Positions 38,491 to 51,958 of a stretch of DNA of 64,000 nucleotides are shown here, piece after piece. How positions within the stretch are numbered: position 1 is the stretch's first letter; every line of letters begins with the position of its first letter. The notes below the pieces were generated by a model. That model made no database searches. It was not told the origin of the DNA and worked only from the letters and a program-made list of their open reading frames with translations. This DNA is from Octopus vulgaris (lineage: Eukaryota): NCBI GenBank assembly GCA_951406725.2, contig OX597832.1:47988001-48052000 (forward strand). The letters run 5' to 3'. A program made the position numbers and the translations under genes.

Positions 38491-41400
38491 TACATATAAT
38501 ATTATATATCGACATTTGATATATGGCTTTGATATGTTAACCATTGCAAGAGCATTACTAACAGAAGTTGTAGTTGGAAGAATTCCAATATAACCAATAC
38601 TAAACTATCAGATTTTAGCACATTATATTTTCAAATTTAAGATATTAGAGAAGAGAGTGAACAGTGGGTGTGTTAAGAGGTTAAACAGATTTTGTTAAGA
38701 CGTTTGTTTATTGTTTTATTTAAATAAAATTTTAATTTTTAATTTAATAACTGTTAAAGTGCATAGCATGAACTAGAAAAAAAATAATACAAATGAGTTA
38801 AAATTTAAAGTTAGTGAACAGAATTATTCAGGTTACATTTCACTATTCCTTTTTTGCTTTCTTTGATTAACATGGTTTTAATTTGTCCAAATTCCTAACA
38901 TTTCTGCAAAAGCAATATTAATGGTGAAGATTAGAAACTACACGTTTGCAACGTTTTCTCAGCTTTCAACAGTATATGTTTGTGTATTTATTACAAAATC
39001 CGCAATCAAGTCTAAGACAATTTTCTATTAGACTCACAGCTAAGGAATGAGGTGTGCTAACACTCAGGCTTCTCAGTTCTATATTCTTGCTGACCAAACC
39101 ATGTTCCTATGAACCAATCATCCTACAGGAATGAATAAATGCGTCACCATTTAACATCTATTTTCCATGCTTGCATGGGTTGGATGAAGTTTATCGAGGC
39201 AAATTTTTCTACAGTCAAATACCCTTGCTGTCACCAAATAACACAATATTTCCTTGGGGCCCTATATGTTTTTGCTGGATATTGGACAGGAATTACAGCC
39301 GTTTAGAACAATCATGCAATGTCAAGACAGGAAGACACAAACCTTGTATACACACACACACACACACAACGGGTCTTTTCCAGTTCCCATGTACCAAATC
39401 CACTCAAGGATTTGGTTAGTCCACAGCTAGAGTAAATAATACTTGCCTCAGGTGCTGTGCAGTTGGGTTGAACCTGAAACCATGTGGTCAGGAAGCAACC
39501 TTATTAACCACAGAGCCGTCCCTGTGCACACGTGCATGTGTGTGTGCATGCATGGACATGCTAATGTGATTAAGTGCATTTCCCAGTTGGTTCAGTTCCA
39601 ATCCTGTGTGTCACCTCGAAGCAGTACCTGCTATAGCCCTTGGCCAACCAAAACCTTTTAAGTGGATTAGGTAGATGGAAACTGAAAGAAGCCTGTCATA
39701 TGTGTGTGTGCCCATTTCATTTGCACTGAACTACAAGCTGCGACAGTTTTTGTCATTTAACCCGTCAACACATAATTGCTTGGTTTTGTACCATCAAAGG
39801 TGTGCAAAATAAGAGTTCTCTCTTACTTGTAAGAAAGGACATAAAAAAAAAAAAAAAGACATCCCAAATATCCGAAGGCCTCTACAATATATTCATCCAA
39901 CCTATGCTAGCATGGAAAACTGGATGTTAAAAATTAACCTATATAAATAAATACACACACTCTCTCTTCAATTACATCCAGCAACAGATGGTGTGGCACC
40001 TCTATTAGTCTGTATAAATTACAAAAGAGAACTTCAGATTCTCATGGCTGCCTATCTAGTTCATTGCACGACCTCAGGTGGAATTACGTGTGCCATATGT
40101 TTACATGCATCATTTACACTACACTCGTTAGTGGCAATACCGAAATTCTAAGAGAGGCTCTGCTTTATTAAGCTTTAAAAAAAGTTACCCTTAGCTATGG
40201 CTACTACAGGTAAGAGAACAGAGTGTGTCACTGGTAGGGTCGGATATAAAAACTGATCCGTATCAATCATCATCATCGTTTAACGTCTGCTTTCCATGCT
40301 AGCATGGGTTGGACGATTTTGACTGAGGGCTGGCGAACCAGATGGCTGCACCAGGCTCCAATCTTGGTTTGGCAGAGTTTCTACAGCTGGATGCCCTTCC
40401 TAATGACAACCACTCCACCTCCAATATGTAAAATATAAAAGAAAAAAAAGGAACCACGGTGCTACAGTATGTAAGGTGTGATATTATTTCACCTGCTGTT
40501 TATGATAGTGGAAGTAAAAGGGGACAAGATCTTAAAGTTAATGCAAACAGATGCCTCACTTGCAATATCCAAAATGTAAGATGAAATGATCAACTTCGAA
40601 ATGGGGCAGTATTTCTAATGACCCTCACTGTCAAGACCTTTCTGATTAAATCCTAAAATTTACCAACTTGGGAGCAATAATGCTGTAGCATTCATTTTAA
40701 GTACAGCAATTAAGAAATGTACAAATGTAATGCACAATTACCTGTATTTCATCTAACGATGTTTAATACTCTGTTTTCATTCAATCTAAGTCTCCTGGCA
40801 GGTCGTGGCATTTTAAGATGTATGGACACTGTACAACTAACCAGCACTCTGGTTATGATGAGGGGTATTCCCAGTTGATCTCACCAATGGAATAACCTAC
40901 TCATGTAATCGTGGGTGAGCACTTCCCAGATATGCATACTCTTGTAGTATTGAGACTCAGCCTGTAAAAATGAGTTCTGTGCCATGCTAAGTGAACTGGA
41001 GCAATGTGAAATGAGGTGTCTTGCTCTCAAGGACACAACACTCCACTGGGAATCAAGATCAGGGCCTTACAATCAAGAGCCAAATACCCTTGTACCTTCA
41101 TTGAAACTGTACAATGTTATGTTAGAGGTGTGTTGATGAATTTTTTTTATTATATGACCACAGATGGTCTAGCAAAATGGTTAATGTGTCAAGGCTCGGG
41201 AACCAAGGATACAAGGGAAGGGATGGAGACAAAAACCAAACAAAAAAAATTAGTGGTGTACCTGTAGTTTCAACCTGCAGGCTTTGGCCATGCTGGAGAC
41301 ACCACCGTACATTTTGAGATTACAGATTTAAAACTCTAAACCTGAAAGTATTTTTGCGAAGGGCATAAATTTACTGAATCTACAAAGTCTGATTACTTAG

Positions 41401-41594
41401 ATGGAGATACCCAGGCAGCAAAACAGAAAAAAAATTCTTTAAATTAAATAAAGTTCATTTCCAAAATGAATCTAGGAGAAAAATAACACCAAAAAAATTT
41501 GTCAAATACATTGACCTTATAGGATGTAGAATAGGCTGCCAGTCTTCACTTTAGCATTCAGTGCTTTACCATGATTTTGTATCTATATATTCTT

Positions 41595-41958
41595 TTTCTC
41601 GTTTCAGTCATTTGACTGCAGCCATGCTGGAGCACCACCTTAAAGGGTTTTAGATGGTGAAACCAACCTCAGGACTTCTTTATAAGCCCAGTACTTATTT
41701 TATCAGTCTCTTTTGCCGAACCTCTAGGTTATGGGCACATATACACACCAGAGTCTAGTGTACTGAGGCAGGGGAGGGAGAGAAACACACACACACACAC
41801 AAACCTATACGGGCTTCTTTCAGTTTCTGTCTACCAAATTCACTCGCAAAGGTTTGGCTGGCCTGAGGTGATCGAAGACACTTGCCCAAGGTGCCATGCA
41901 GTGGGACTGAAACTGGAACCGAGTGGTTGGGAAGCAAGCTTCTTACCACACAGCCACA
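41595..41958 (-). mobile_element. SINE family A, diverged
   Basis: Reverse-complement copy. Confidence 0.8.
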
Positions 41959-43070
41959 CCAGAGATTTTTTTTTTTTAAATTAAAAACAAAAAAAAAACA
42001 AAAAAAAACAGGATTTACTATTATAATTTTAAATCCCGCATTGAGGATTTTTATCAGGTATCAAAATATCCCTGAGATCCTTTGCAATTTACTGCGCAAC
42101 ATGCAACCCAGACACCATAACAGCAGTCTAATTTGAAAATGACACTAAGAATATGAAACATTAGCGTAATGGATTTAAGAGCCTTCTTGTTCCAAGCCAA
42201 ACATGAAACATCCAATGTGGAAATATATATATATATCTGCATTATATATATCTTAATCTATATACATATACATCTAAATCTACATATATACACGTCTTAT
42301 CTCAGCAGTGACCACATAAGAGCTATTTTGAAAATTTCTTGTTTAATAAATAATAATGTAAAAATAAAATATAAGAACGGGCAAGGGCCTAACGAGATGG
42401 GAAATGCTGACGAGAATTGTAAGTCTCTGTAAAGAAAAAAATTCAACTGAAATTCTGAACTCATTACTACCAAAATTATTATTATTATTAGGTAAGGGTG
42501 AGGGAGAGAAAGATAATCATAAAAAAAAGCATGTGAGCGTGTAGGGAAGCCAAAAAGAGAAAAGAATAACATTAAATAGGAAAATATAAAAATGTAAAAA
42601 AAAAAAAGAGTAAAAAAAGCATTAGTAAGTGTTAGTAAAGAAAAGTGTAGAAGAAATCAAGTTGGCTAGCAACACCAGTTTATTTTTCACTAAAAAGAAG
42701 ATACAAAATATGGAAAATGGTCAACTCTAAAATGTCAGCCCATAGCCAGACATTATTTCAAGTGCCTTAATTGTTTTTTTTTTTCTTTCATACTGGTCTT
42801 TGTATTTAAAAAAAAAAAAAACTTTGGGGTTTTTTTTTTTTTTTCAACTTTACTACCAATAGTACCATTATTATTATTATTATTATTATTATCATCTTAT
42901 ATATCCTTGTTGTTTATTCACCAAATATGACTTGACAGGGCTTAACATCAGAATTAGTAAGAAGTGAGATGAGATTCAAGTCAAATCTATTAGAATTTTT
43001 TTTTTTTTTTGAAAGGGAAAAAATAAAATAAAAATAAAATGAAAAAAAGTTAGTTGGCTGCAATGATTGA

Positions 43071-43113
<43 letters not shown>

Positions 43114-43354
43114 ATTATTATTATTATGCTCCTTCTTAGAGATATGAAAATAACAGCACAAGTATAGTTTCTTTTCAGCAAGGTAACAAAAATATGCTTC
43201 TTATTAAAATATGCAAAGCTCTAATCAGCTTCTCTTGGAGGGGGGGCCGGATTTAGTACATGCAGTTATAAGGCACAATTAAAAAAAGAGAGCATATCTT
43301 GCCAGTGACATTTGGGAGATTCTCATGCCACTAAGATAATCACCCAAGAGTTAG

Positions 43355-43409
<55 letters not shown>

Positions 43410-46400
43410 CATATATTATATATATATAATGTCAGGTGACAGGACTTTCCTGTAAGATGTCTCCACAGTTCAACTTTTTCTTTATTATTTAAATCCATGT
43501 ATTTTTAAAACTCCTTTAAATATATATTTTATAAATAGACTTTTCAAAACTGATATTTACCTTTTCTGGTTTTTTTTTTTTTTTGAAATTTTTTTTTTGT
43601 GTTTGTTTTCAGGTGATTACATTAACATGAAAAATTATGCAGAAGAAAAAAAAAAAAAATTCTGAAAAAAAAAAAAAATCCCTTTTTTTTTTTTCTTTCA
43701 AAGTCCAGAGAGCCAAAATATCCCATAATCCTTAAGTGCAACCCATTTGGAAATGAATCAAAAATAATTTGATAATGTAAAATAAAATTATTAAAAAAAG
43801 AGAAATCTGGTTACAGGACAATCACACAAAACTATGAAAGTGAACAAAAGTAAAAATAAAATTTAAAAAAAAAACACTAGAAAAAATAATTTTTCGGTGG
43901 GATTATTTCTTTTTCTAAGTAAGGTGTATTTTTTTCTGTAATAATTTTGCTTAAAAAAAAAAGCAAAAGACAGAAAACCCCTTAAGGGTGTATATACAAA
44001 CACCCTCATTTTCAGAAGGTTCCATAGAAATTGCAATAACTTCATCCAAACAAAAAGTAGCGATTACATCTTCATTCGGATGGAGAAAGAAACCCTAAAA
44101 TCTAAAAAAAATCCTTCCGAAAGAGTTGCCAATGCAGTGGACTGGACTCAGTCTAGGGAACAAACACCATTTTGTAGACAGGGACAATAGTAATAAAAAA
44201 TGAAAGGCATTACTAGAACTGAAGTAGTAGGTGGGTGGGATCTACAAACCAACCTAAGAATTTTTGAAGGTGACAGAGAGACCTTGTCAGTCACCCGAAG
44301 TGTCTTTTTTTTTTTTCTTTTTGGACAAATATATTTTCAGCACCATTATCCACCCCCAGCCCCCTTTTCATTAAAGAAAAAAAAAAAAGGAAATTAAGAA
44401 AACACGAACTAAAGTTTAGCAAATTTGGTTTTCTTAATACTATATAACTTAGCACCCTTTTTAACACTGTTTTGACTATATACATACATATGTATATGAG
44501 TGCATAGACCTGCACTAAAATCAGAAGAGACGATTTCGAAAATATTGCCTGTACAGCATTGTTTTTCCTTGTTGATATGTTTAAAACAGTTTCAGAGAAA
44601 CAAAAAGTTAAAAATGATCATTAAATTTCAAAATGATATTTCTAATTAGGCACTAGGCCAGCAATTTTGATGGGGGGGAAGAGGTTAGTTGAAACTGTCA
44701 ACCCACCCCAGTAAATGACTGGTACTTTATTTTATCAACCTCTGAAAGGATGAGAGCCAAAGTTAACCAGAGAATGGGGTGGTTGTTCTGCCAATGACAC
44801 CACCTGCGGTAATAATAATGTATTGAACAGAGGGGAAATTAGTTTCCTGTTGACAACTCCTTCCTTGCACAAAGATGGGGAAAGATAAGGAAGGGGGAAA
44901 AGATGCATCACGTCAACTAGTCTCAATAGTAAAAACAAATTTACAAGTTGTGAGAAATAATGCTTAAGTACTTACAAATACCACCGTGATAATTTCTTGA
45001 GAGTGGGGAAGACAGAAAAAGAAAGAAAATGAAAACCATAGCTTGCTATAACATCTACCAGAAACTTTCAAGGATATTCAGACAGAAGATACGAAAGAAA
45101 AATTGTTTTAGAAATATGTATGGATAGATCTAAGTTTTGTTCATTGCCCTGGATATCTTATAAAGTAATTAAAGAGAGAGAGAGAGAGAGAGAGAGAGAG
45201 CATGTGTATGTATGTGTGTTTTCAAATTTAAAACGGGAAACAGTAGCTGACAGGTTGCCAATGTAGACACATGAACATGTGCACATGTTTCGTAAATGGC
45301 ACAAGGAAAACATTCCGACTATTTCCTTGACCATGCCATACATAATGAGCCTACACAGAACATCACACATTAGACCCTGATGAAGCAGCAATTACAGATA
45401 CAGAATGTGAAAGACTGTAGTGATGGGGCAGAAAGCAAGAGAGTAACCAGGGGGAACATTCTATTACGTCCGAGTGTTTACTGTTAGCAATAACAAAAGA
45501 TGTAGAGCAGCAAGTAGAATCCTAAATTTTATACATCCTACGTTAACAATTTCAAGAGGTAGAAAGGAGAAGGCAATTTTTAATTACCAAGAAAGAAACT
45601 GAACAAAACTTACACAGATCCACCATAAAAAGAATTAAAACTAACTCCATGCCCTTCATATGAAGGGCCAATGGTGGCGGAAAAGTGAGATATAGATAGA
45701 AAGTGGTGGAAGGACAGGAGATACTCTTGAAGCTCTCAGAATAATATGCTTTTAGTTCTTTCCCCATTTTTCTTTTCTTCCTTAAACCTCAGACACACTA
45801 ACTTCCATTTCACTTGTGAAGTTATTAATTGAAGTTAATAAAAAACCAAAATTCAATAAGACAAATTTGCCAGTTAATAAAACCAAAACATTTTTTTTTT
45901 TAGTTAATATAAACAGACATTTCTTTTCGTCTCTTTTTTTATCTTTCTTTTTAGTAAAAAAAAAAAAAAAAAAAATTAGTTCAGAATTCAAAATAGGCAC
46001 TTTTACTTTTACTACTGTAATAAAATCTCCTGCTGCATATTGTAGATTTTTTTTTTTTTTTTTTCTTAGTCCGAACAGAATGTAAAAAAAAAAAAAAAAA
46101 AAAATTTTTTTTTTTTCCTTTTATATCTGCACATATACACATGCACGCACACACACAAATATATATATGTATATATTTGTGAAGGAGACAAACTAAAAAT
46201 TGGAGGAAAAAAAAAAAAAAAAAAAACTCACTTTAAGATGAAAATCCTTGAAAATGGAGAGAGAAAAAAAAAAGATTTTTTTTTTTTTTTTTTTTTAAAA
46301 GAAAAGGATTTGAAAATTCACTTTTTCTTCCAAAAATAAAGATATCGAATCCAATGTCATCATCTGCATTGGCTGTGGGTTTTTTTTTTTTTTCGCTCTC

Positions 46401-47047
46401 TTTTGGTTTTTTATTTTTTAAAATACCCAAAAGGCATTTTTTTTTTTTTGAAAGTTTTCATCATGTTTCAACTAATTTGTTGTTCCTTTTTCTGTTGGTT
46501 CTCGTATCTCTGCTTTCTCCATTGACAAACTGCTGTGCTTGGTGTAGATGATGATGAAGAAGATGGTTGTTGTAGAAGTAGTAGTAGGTGGTGGTGGTGG
46601 TGGTAGTTATGCCATTTTGGCCACAAGACAGCTGGCAGTAATACTGACAAGGATGGAGTGGAAATGGACAGCTGTTGATAAATTGATGCCAGTAGTCATA
46701 GTAATAGTAGTAGTAGTAGCAGCAGTAGTAGTAGTAGTGGTGGTAGAAGTAGTAGTGGTGGTGGTAATAGTAGTAGAAGTGGTAGTCATGGTGCACTGCG
46801 AGGTGGAGTAGTAGTAGTAGTAGTAGTAGTAATAATAGAAGTTTTTTTTTTATATATATATATAAATATTTTTTTTTGTTTTTTTTTAGAAATTTTTTTT
46901 TTTTAGAAAAAATTTTTTTTTTTTTGCTTTTTTGCTTGTCGGCCGCAACACGCCCCACCTGCGCCTTCTGTAACATCCCACCCGGCAATGTTGAAGTCTA
47001 CAACACGAACAGGGGGTTTCAGGGCTTTTGTGACCAGGATGATAGGG

Positions 47048-47058
47048 TTAGTTGCCAG
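47048..47058 (-). CDS. QKI: Terminal exon start of the Quaking homolog, (G)CT GGC AAC TAA = AGN*, followed by a long 3' UTR
   Basis: Long poly-T tract and ttttaacctag acceptor. Phase-1 frame gives AGN*, like the QKI-5 C-terminus ATGN*. A GC-richer stretch follows. Confidence 0.65.
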
Positions 47059-49424
47059 CTAGGTTAAAAAAAGGTGGAAAAAAAAAAAAAAAAGAAAAAG
47101 AAAAAAAAAGACAAATGTTAGTCATTTTGAAACAAAAACCGCATTACGATTATTAAGAGAAACATTTCAGAGTTGCATTTTTAAATTGATTTTTTTTTTT
47201 TTTTTTTTAGACATTACTGAACCTTTTGAGAATCAAAAGTGTGCTAGTTATATTATTATTATTCATGCCTGGATTAAGAAGCACATGCTAAAAATTAAAG
47301 ATTAAAAAAAAATTATGTATTAAAAAAAAAAAAAGTTGGGGAGGGGCGGGCAGGAGGAAAAGCTTTGGGTAGGGGGAAATTTTTTTCTTCTTTCTCCGAC
47401 CTAACCTTCTTTATTTGGGCATTAGAAATGGAAGTTATCTCATGGCATTAAAGCTGAGATAAATCTACCCATGGCTAGATAGTTAAGAAGCTGCTCCCCG
47501 TTCCCTTTCACACTGCACAATTAGTTTACTCAAGATAGCTTCAGCAAAATTTTGTTATCTAGTTAGGAGCTGTAATGTCAAATGCCAACCCAGTTCAACA
47601 CTCACTCTACACCACAAGATCCTGCTAGTAAACGGTACGTTAGTCTAGGCTTACTTAGTCTAGGCATGACATTTTCCATTTAAGTTTTTTCTGAAAGGAT
47701 TTCGAAATCAAGAAATCAAAATAGGCGGTCAAGTCTTAAACAAGGTGCTAGCCCCTGCTTGAAAAGCAAACCAAGTGTTAAACTTTGTATAGTGCTTTTC
47801 ATGCTTGACACCGATTCCCCGTCAAATGCTGAGTTTTAAATGTACTAAAAAAAATTTTTTTTTAAAAAAGCACTCTTGCGTTCTATATTAATACATTTTC
47901 CAGGTTATTTCTTGGCAGCACAAAGCATAATTGCAACTCATTTTTGTTTATAAAAATCACTAGTTTAACTCTTTAGCATTTAAAGCTGCCCATATCCAGC
48001 CCAAAATATTCCACTGGTTTTATTCTCAAAGTGGCCAAATACAACCTTTTACACCAACCCTACAATATCAGTCTGTAAGTAAACAATCACATCGACATCT
48101 CAAAGCTAAAGATGATGAATCATAAATTCAAAACAATGTGAATAAATAAGCAATCTGAATGCTAAAGGGGCAATTAAAACTCAATTCCTTTATTACTAGA
48201 CTTCATGTTTATATGAAATCTATGGCAATATCATGTGTGATTTCATGATATTCAATTTACAATGCCTGCAGCTACATAAAAACTAGCACTTTCACCCTTT
48301 AGTATTTAAACCGGCCAAAATAGCTAATCTGTTTTATGTTCAAACTAACCAGATCCAGGCTCTCACACCTACCCTACAATGCTATTCTACATTAAGTAAT
48401 TACACCATCAAGATCTTGAAGAGATGAGATAATGCATGATTAATTCAAATCAATGGGAATCAATAGGCATTATGTTTGATTGAATTGTCTGAACACTAAG
48501 GGTTAAATTAAGAGATAAAATTGAGTACATGATTCACCACCTGATTGGATTAAGAGCGCAGCCTTTGCGGCAACAAACTGGCATGGATTTATTTACACTA
48601 AATTAGAAATACAGTAGCATTTCACTTCAATATATATTTACTGGAATGTATATTTTAACTCCAGAAGATGGAATTGTAGAGTCTTATCACAAGACTTAAC
48701 TTTGAGACCGCATGTAAAATTTATATACAGAGTGCTGAGCCAGCTCTGTTGCAGTTTTTTTTTCCCAGTTAATTTTATATTTCATCGTTAAACAACAGCT
48801 TGGTTTAAAACAAATAAAATAATGTTGCATTCTCCCAAAAATAAGTTTCTCAGATAATACATATCTTGATGTCAACGGTTGTCTAAAATCCTATCGGCTA
48901 CTTTTCCTTGTCTAATGGTGAATATGTCTTGAAGGTGGGCAAAAAGGGAAAGAAAGGAAAAATACCACATAATGACCGTTACCCTCTACTTATCTCAAAG
49001 AGCACAACTTTTTTATCTCAAAGTGTTAGTAATACCTTATTAGTAATAAGAAACAACTACAAGATTAACTTCAGCAATAAATAAATGAAAAAAAAAAAAA
49101 AAACTACAGAGATCTTTGTTAAAGACTGAAAATTGGTTAAACCAATAGACATTGTTTTTGTTATAAATGATTAAGAAATAAGCTGGAGTAATCAAAACTG
49201 AATTTGTCTGCACTAGCACGAGGAGGAAAAAAACAGACCAATTTGAGTTTTAAAAGAAAAAAGTAAACATTGGTTAAATTCAAGAAAGAGAGAAAGTCTA
49301 AGATGTATAGACGGAGAAGTAGAGCAGGAGGGGCGTGTGGAAAGATGAGGAGTGGGTATTCCCTTTTCGTTTCAGGAGAGATTTCCTCAACATCCAGGTA
49401 GCAAGTGTGCACGTGTTTAAGAGA

Positions 49425-49471
<47 letters not shown>

Positions 49472-51660
49472 GGTGTGTGTACATATCTTCTATATATGTG
49501 TATATATACATACATGTATGTGTGCACATATCTTCTATATGTTTGTGTGTATACATATATATATATATACATATCTTCTATATATATATGTGTGTGTATA
49601 TATATACATCATCATCGTTTAACGTCCGTTTTCCATGCTAGCACGGGTTGGACGGAGATATATATATCTATATATATACATACATACATACACATATGTG
49701 TGTACATATTTCTATATATGCATGTGCATATATACACATATGCATACACAAACACACACTTTGCAGCATTTGAAGGGAGGGGGATGACTTTTTCATTTAG
49801 ATTTCGTGTGGTTTGGGCAGAATTCTAGCATGTCGAAAATAATCTTCTTCCTTCTGGTGCCAACTGTATATTTTCTTCCCTCCCATAATAATCCATCAAC
49901 AGAGAACAATTAACAAAAACAGAAACAGTTCTAAGTCAAAAGCAGAAGACTTCGATTCTTTTTTGTTTTCAAATTAAAAATTTTATTCTACATATAAATA
50001 ATAAAAAAAAAATTGCACGTGAAAATTTATTTTTCTTCTTTCCAGCTCAAAATGTTTTTTTTATTTTTAAATATATTTGTATGTATATATAATTAAAAAA
50101 AAATATCAAAGCACAAATATAGCAGAATATACATTTGACAAATTTCAGTGTTTTTTTTTTGTCTTTTTTTTTTTTTTTTTTTTACAAGAAATCGAATCTG
50201 GAAAGTCCAGAAGCAATTGACAGAGACAGTGAGAAAAAGAGTGAAGAGAGAAAGAGAGAGAGAGAAAAGAGAAAGATTAAGAATGAAACAAAGAATGAGA
50301 GAGAGAGAGACAAAGACATGGACAGAAGAAAGAGCAAAGTAATATTTATATACAAAAATTTCATGTACCTAATATCCAAAGTCACAACACAAAATATGTA
50401 TATGTATCAAAAAACAAAAACCTGAGTTTCCACATGAATCTCTGACTCACTGTATGTTGGGCCCTATAGCTAAATTTCAACTCTGGCTAAAATATCACTA
50501 AATTTCACAGAAAACATCAGTCTCAGACATGGTGAGGAATGGGGAGAAAAAATAATAATTTAAGATGGTTATAAAGTCCTAAAAATTCTACAAATTTCCA
50601 AATGAAAGCAATATATTTAAAAAATTCAATAAACACTTTAGCAAATATTGGAGATTTTTTAAAAATATTTTTAAAATTTTTACTGTTGTGAAATTTGTCT
50701 TCCTTGGGGGGATAATGTGCAAGGACAATTTGGTAAATGTATTAAAAGCAATTTAAGAAAAAAAAAGATGATTTCTGCAGCAACCATTTTATGTAGCCTT
50801 CAGAGGAATATTTAAAATTTACATGATCATTCAAAGATGAAGTACAGGTGAACAACTGAAAGTGTGTCTCGATAATGAAGTCTCGGGAAAAAAAAAACCC
50901 CTTCTGATCTAACAAAATCTGTTTATTTGATTAGAATCTTCTGAAGTGGTTTGGTTTGCCAGCAAGAACAAATGGATAGATTCCCATGATGTAATTAAAA
51001 AAAAATATTTAAAAAATCCCAATATCTGCTAAAATTCTTTGAATAAATATTGGCATTTTGTTTGGAAGTAAAATATTAAAAACTTTTAGGACTTTATGAC
51101 GAACATCTCTATATATTGTATTTATATAATGATTTGATAAAATTAAAAAAAAAAAAGTCCTAGCTTGCAGCAGTTAACGATGTTTCATATCAGGACAGCA
51201 ATTATGAGAATGCTTTCAACAACTTTAGTTACCATGGCGGCAAAGAAGTTGTGTGCGGGTGTGTGTTTAAGTGCAAGTAAGAGTGCAAATGAGAGAGTTC
51301 ACGATTCCTTCCTTAATATTCGTTTTTGAAATCCAAAAATAGTACTGCTGCAAATTTCAAACTCAAAACACAGCAAAATATATAAACTTTAATTTTTTTT
51401 TTTTGTTTTTTTTTTTGAGGGGTAGGTAAATTTTTAGGGCGGCGGCGGACTGGAAATCAGAGATGGTCCAGATAACATAACAATACTTAAAAAAAAAAAT
51501 AAAAATAAATAAAAACCAATCATTCACAAGTCGAGTTGGTTGTGGTTCAGCTGGCAACAGTAACTTGAAATATATTCCACAGAGTCAGCATTTAAGCTGA
51601 GCAGAGTTTGCATTGGTGCATGAAAACGGTTGTCGAACTGGCAAACGAATGCTTGAATGG

Positions 51661-51722
51661 TTACAGTTGATCGGATTTTAAACTGGTCTCAAATACCAAG
51701 CTGGAAAGTTGATTTTTGGTAT
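51661..51722 (-). other. Candidate alternative terminal exon (DTKNQLSSLVFETSLKSDQL*) or 3' UTR exon of the Quaking homolog
   Basis: CAG acceptor preceded by a CCAC/CCAT-rich tract, 146 nt from the 51868 donor; open for 20 codons in phase 1. Confidence 0.35.
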
Positions 51723-51868
51723 CTGGGTGGGTGGGTGGATGGATGGGTGGTGGGTACGTTGTTTTGATTAAACATTTAAAGCTGTTCATATATCTTTAAA
51801 TGAAACAAAGAAATAAATAAGTAAAAAAAAAACTTCAAGATAGAACCTGTATTAAATTGGGGACTAAC

Positions 51869-51958
51869 CTGCTTTTGAGAAAGATCAGGGGAGAGCCACC
51901 CTATTGTAAGGGTGTTCTCTGACACCAGAGAGTGTTCTCCTGATTTTAGGAATAGGAC
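51869..51958 (-). CDS. QKI: Quaking homolog nuclear-isoform exon (GPIPKIRRTLSGVREHPYNRVALP*), QKI-5/How(L)-type PY-NLS
   Basis: Acceptor ttattgtag, phase 1. KIRR...REHPYNR resembles QKI-5 KVRR..RVHPYQR and How(L) REHPYQR. TGA at 51887-51885; donor CAG|GTTAGT after 51869. Confidence 0.85.

Noticed and set aside
46461-46988. 175-aa minus-strand ORF
   Set aside because: Low-complexity triplet and poly-A tracts within the presumed 3' UTR.
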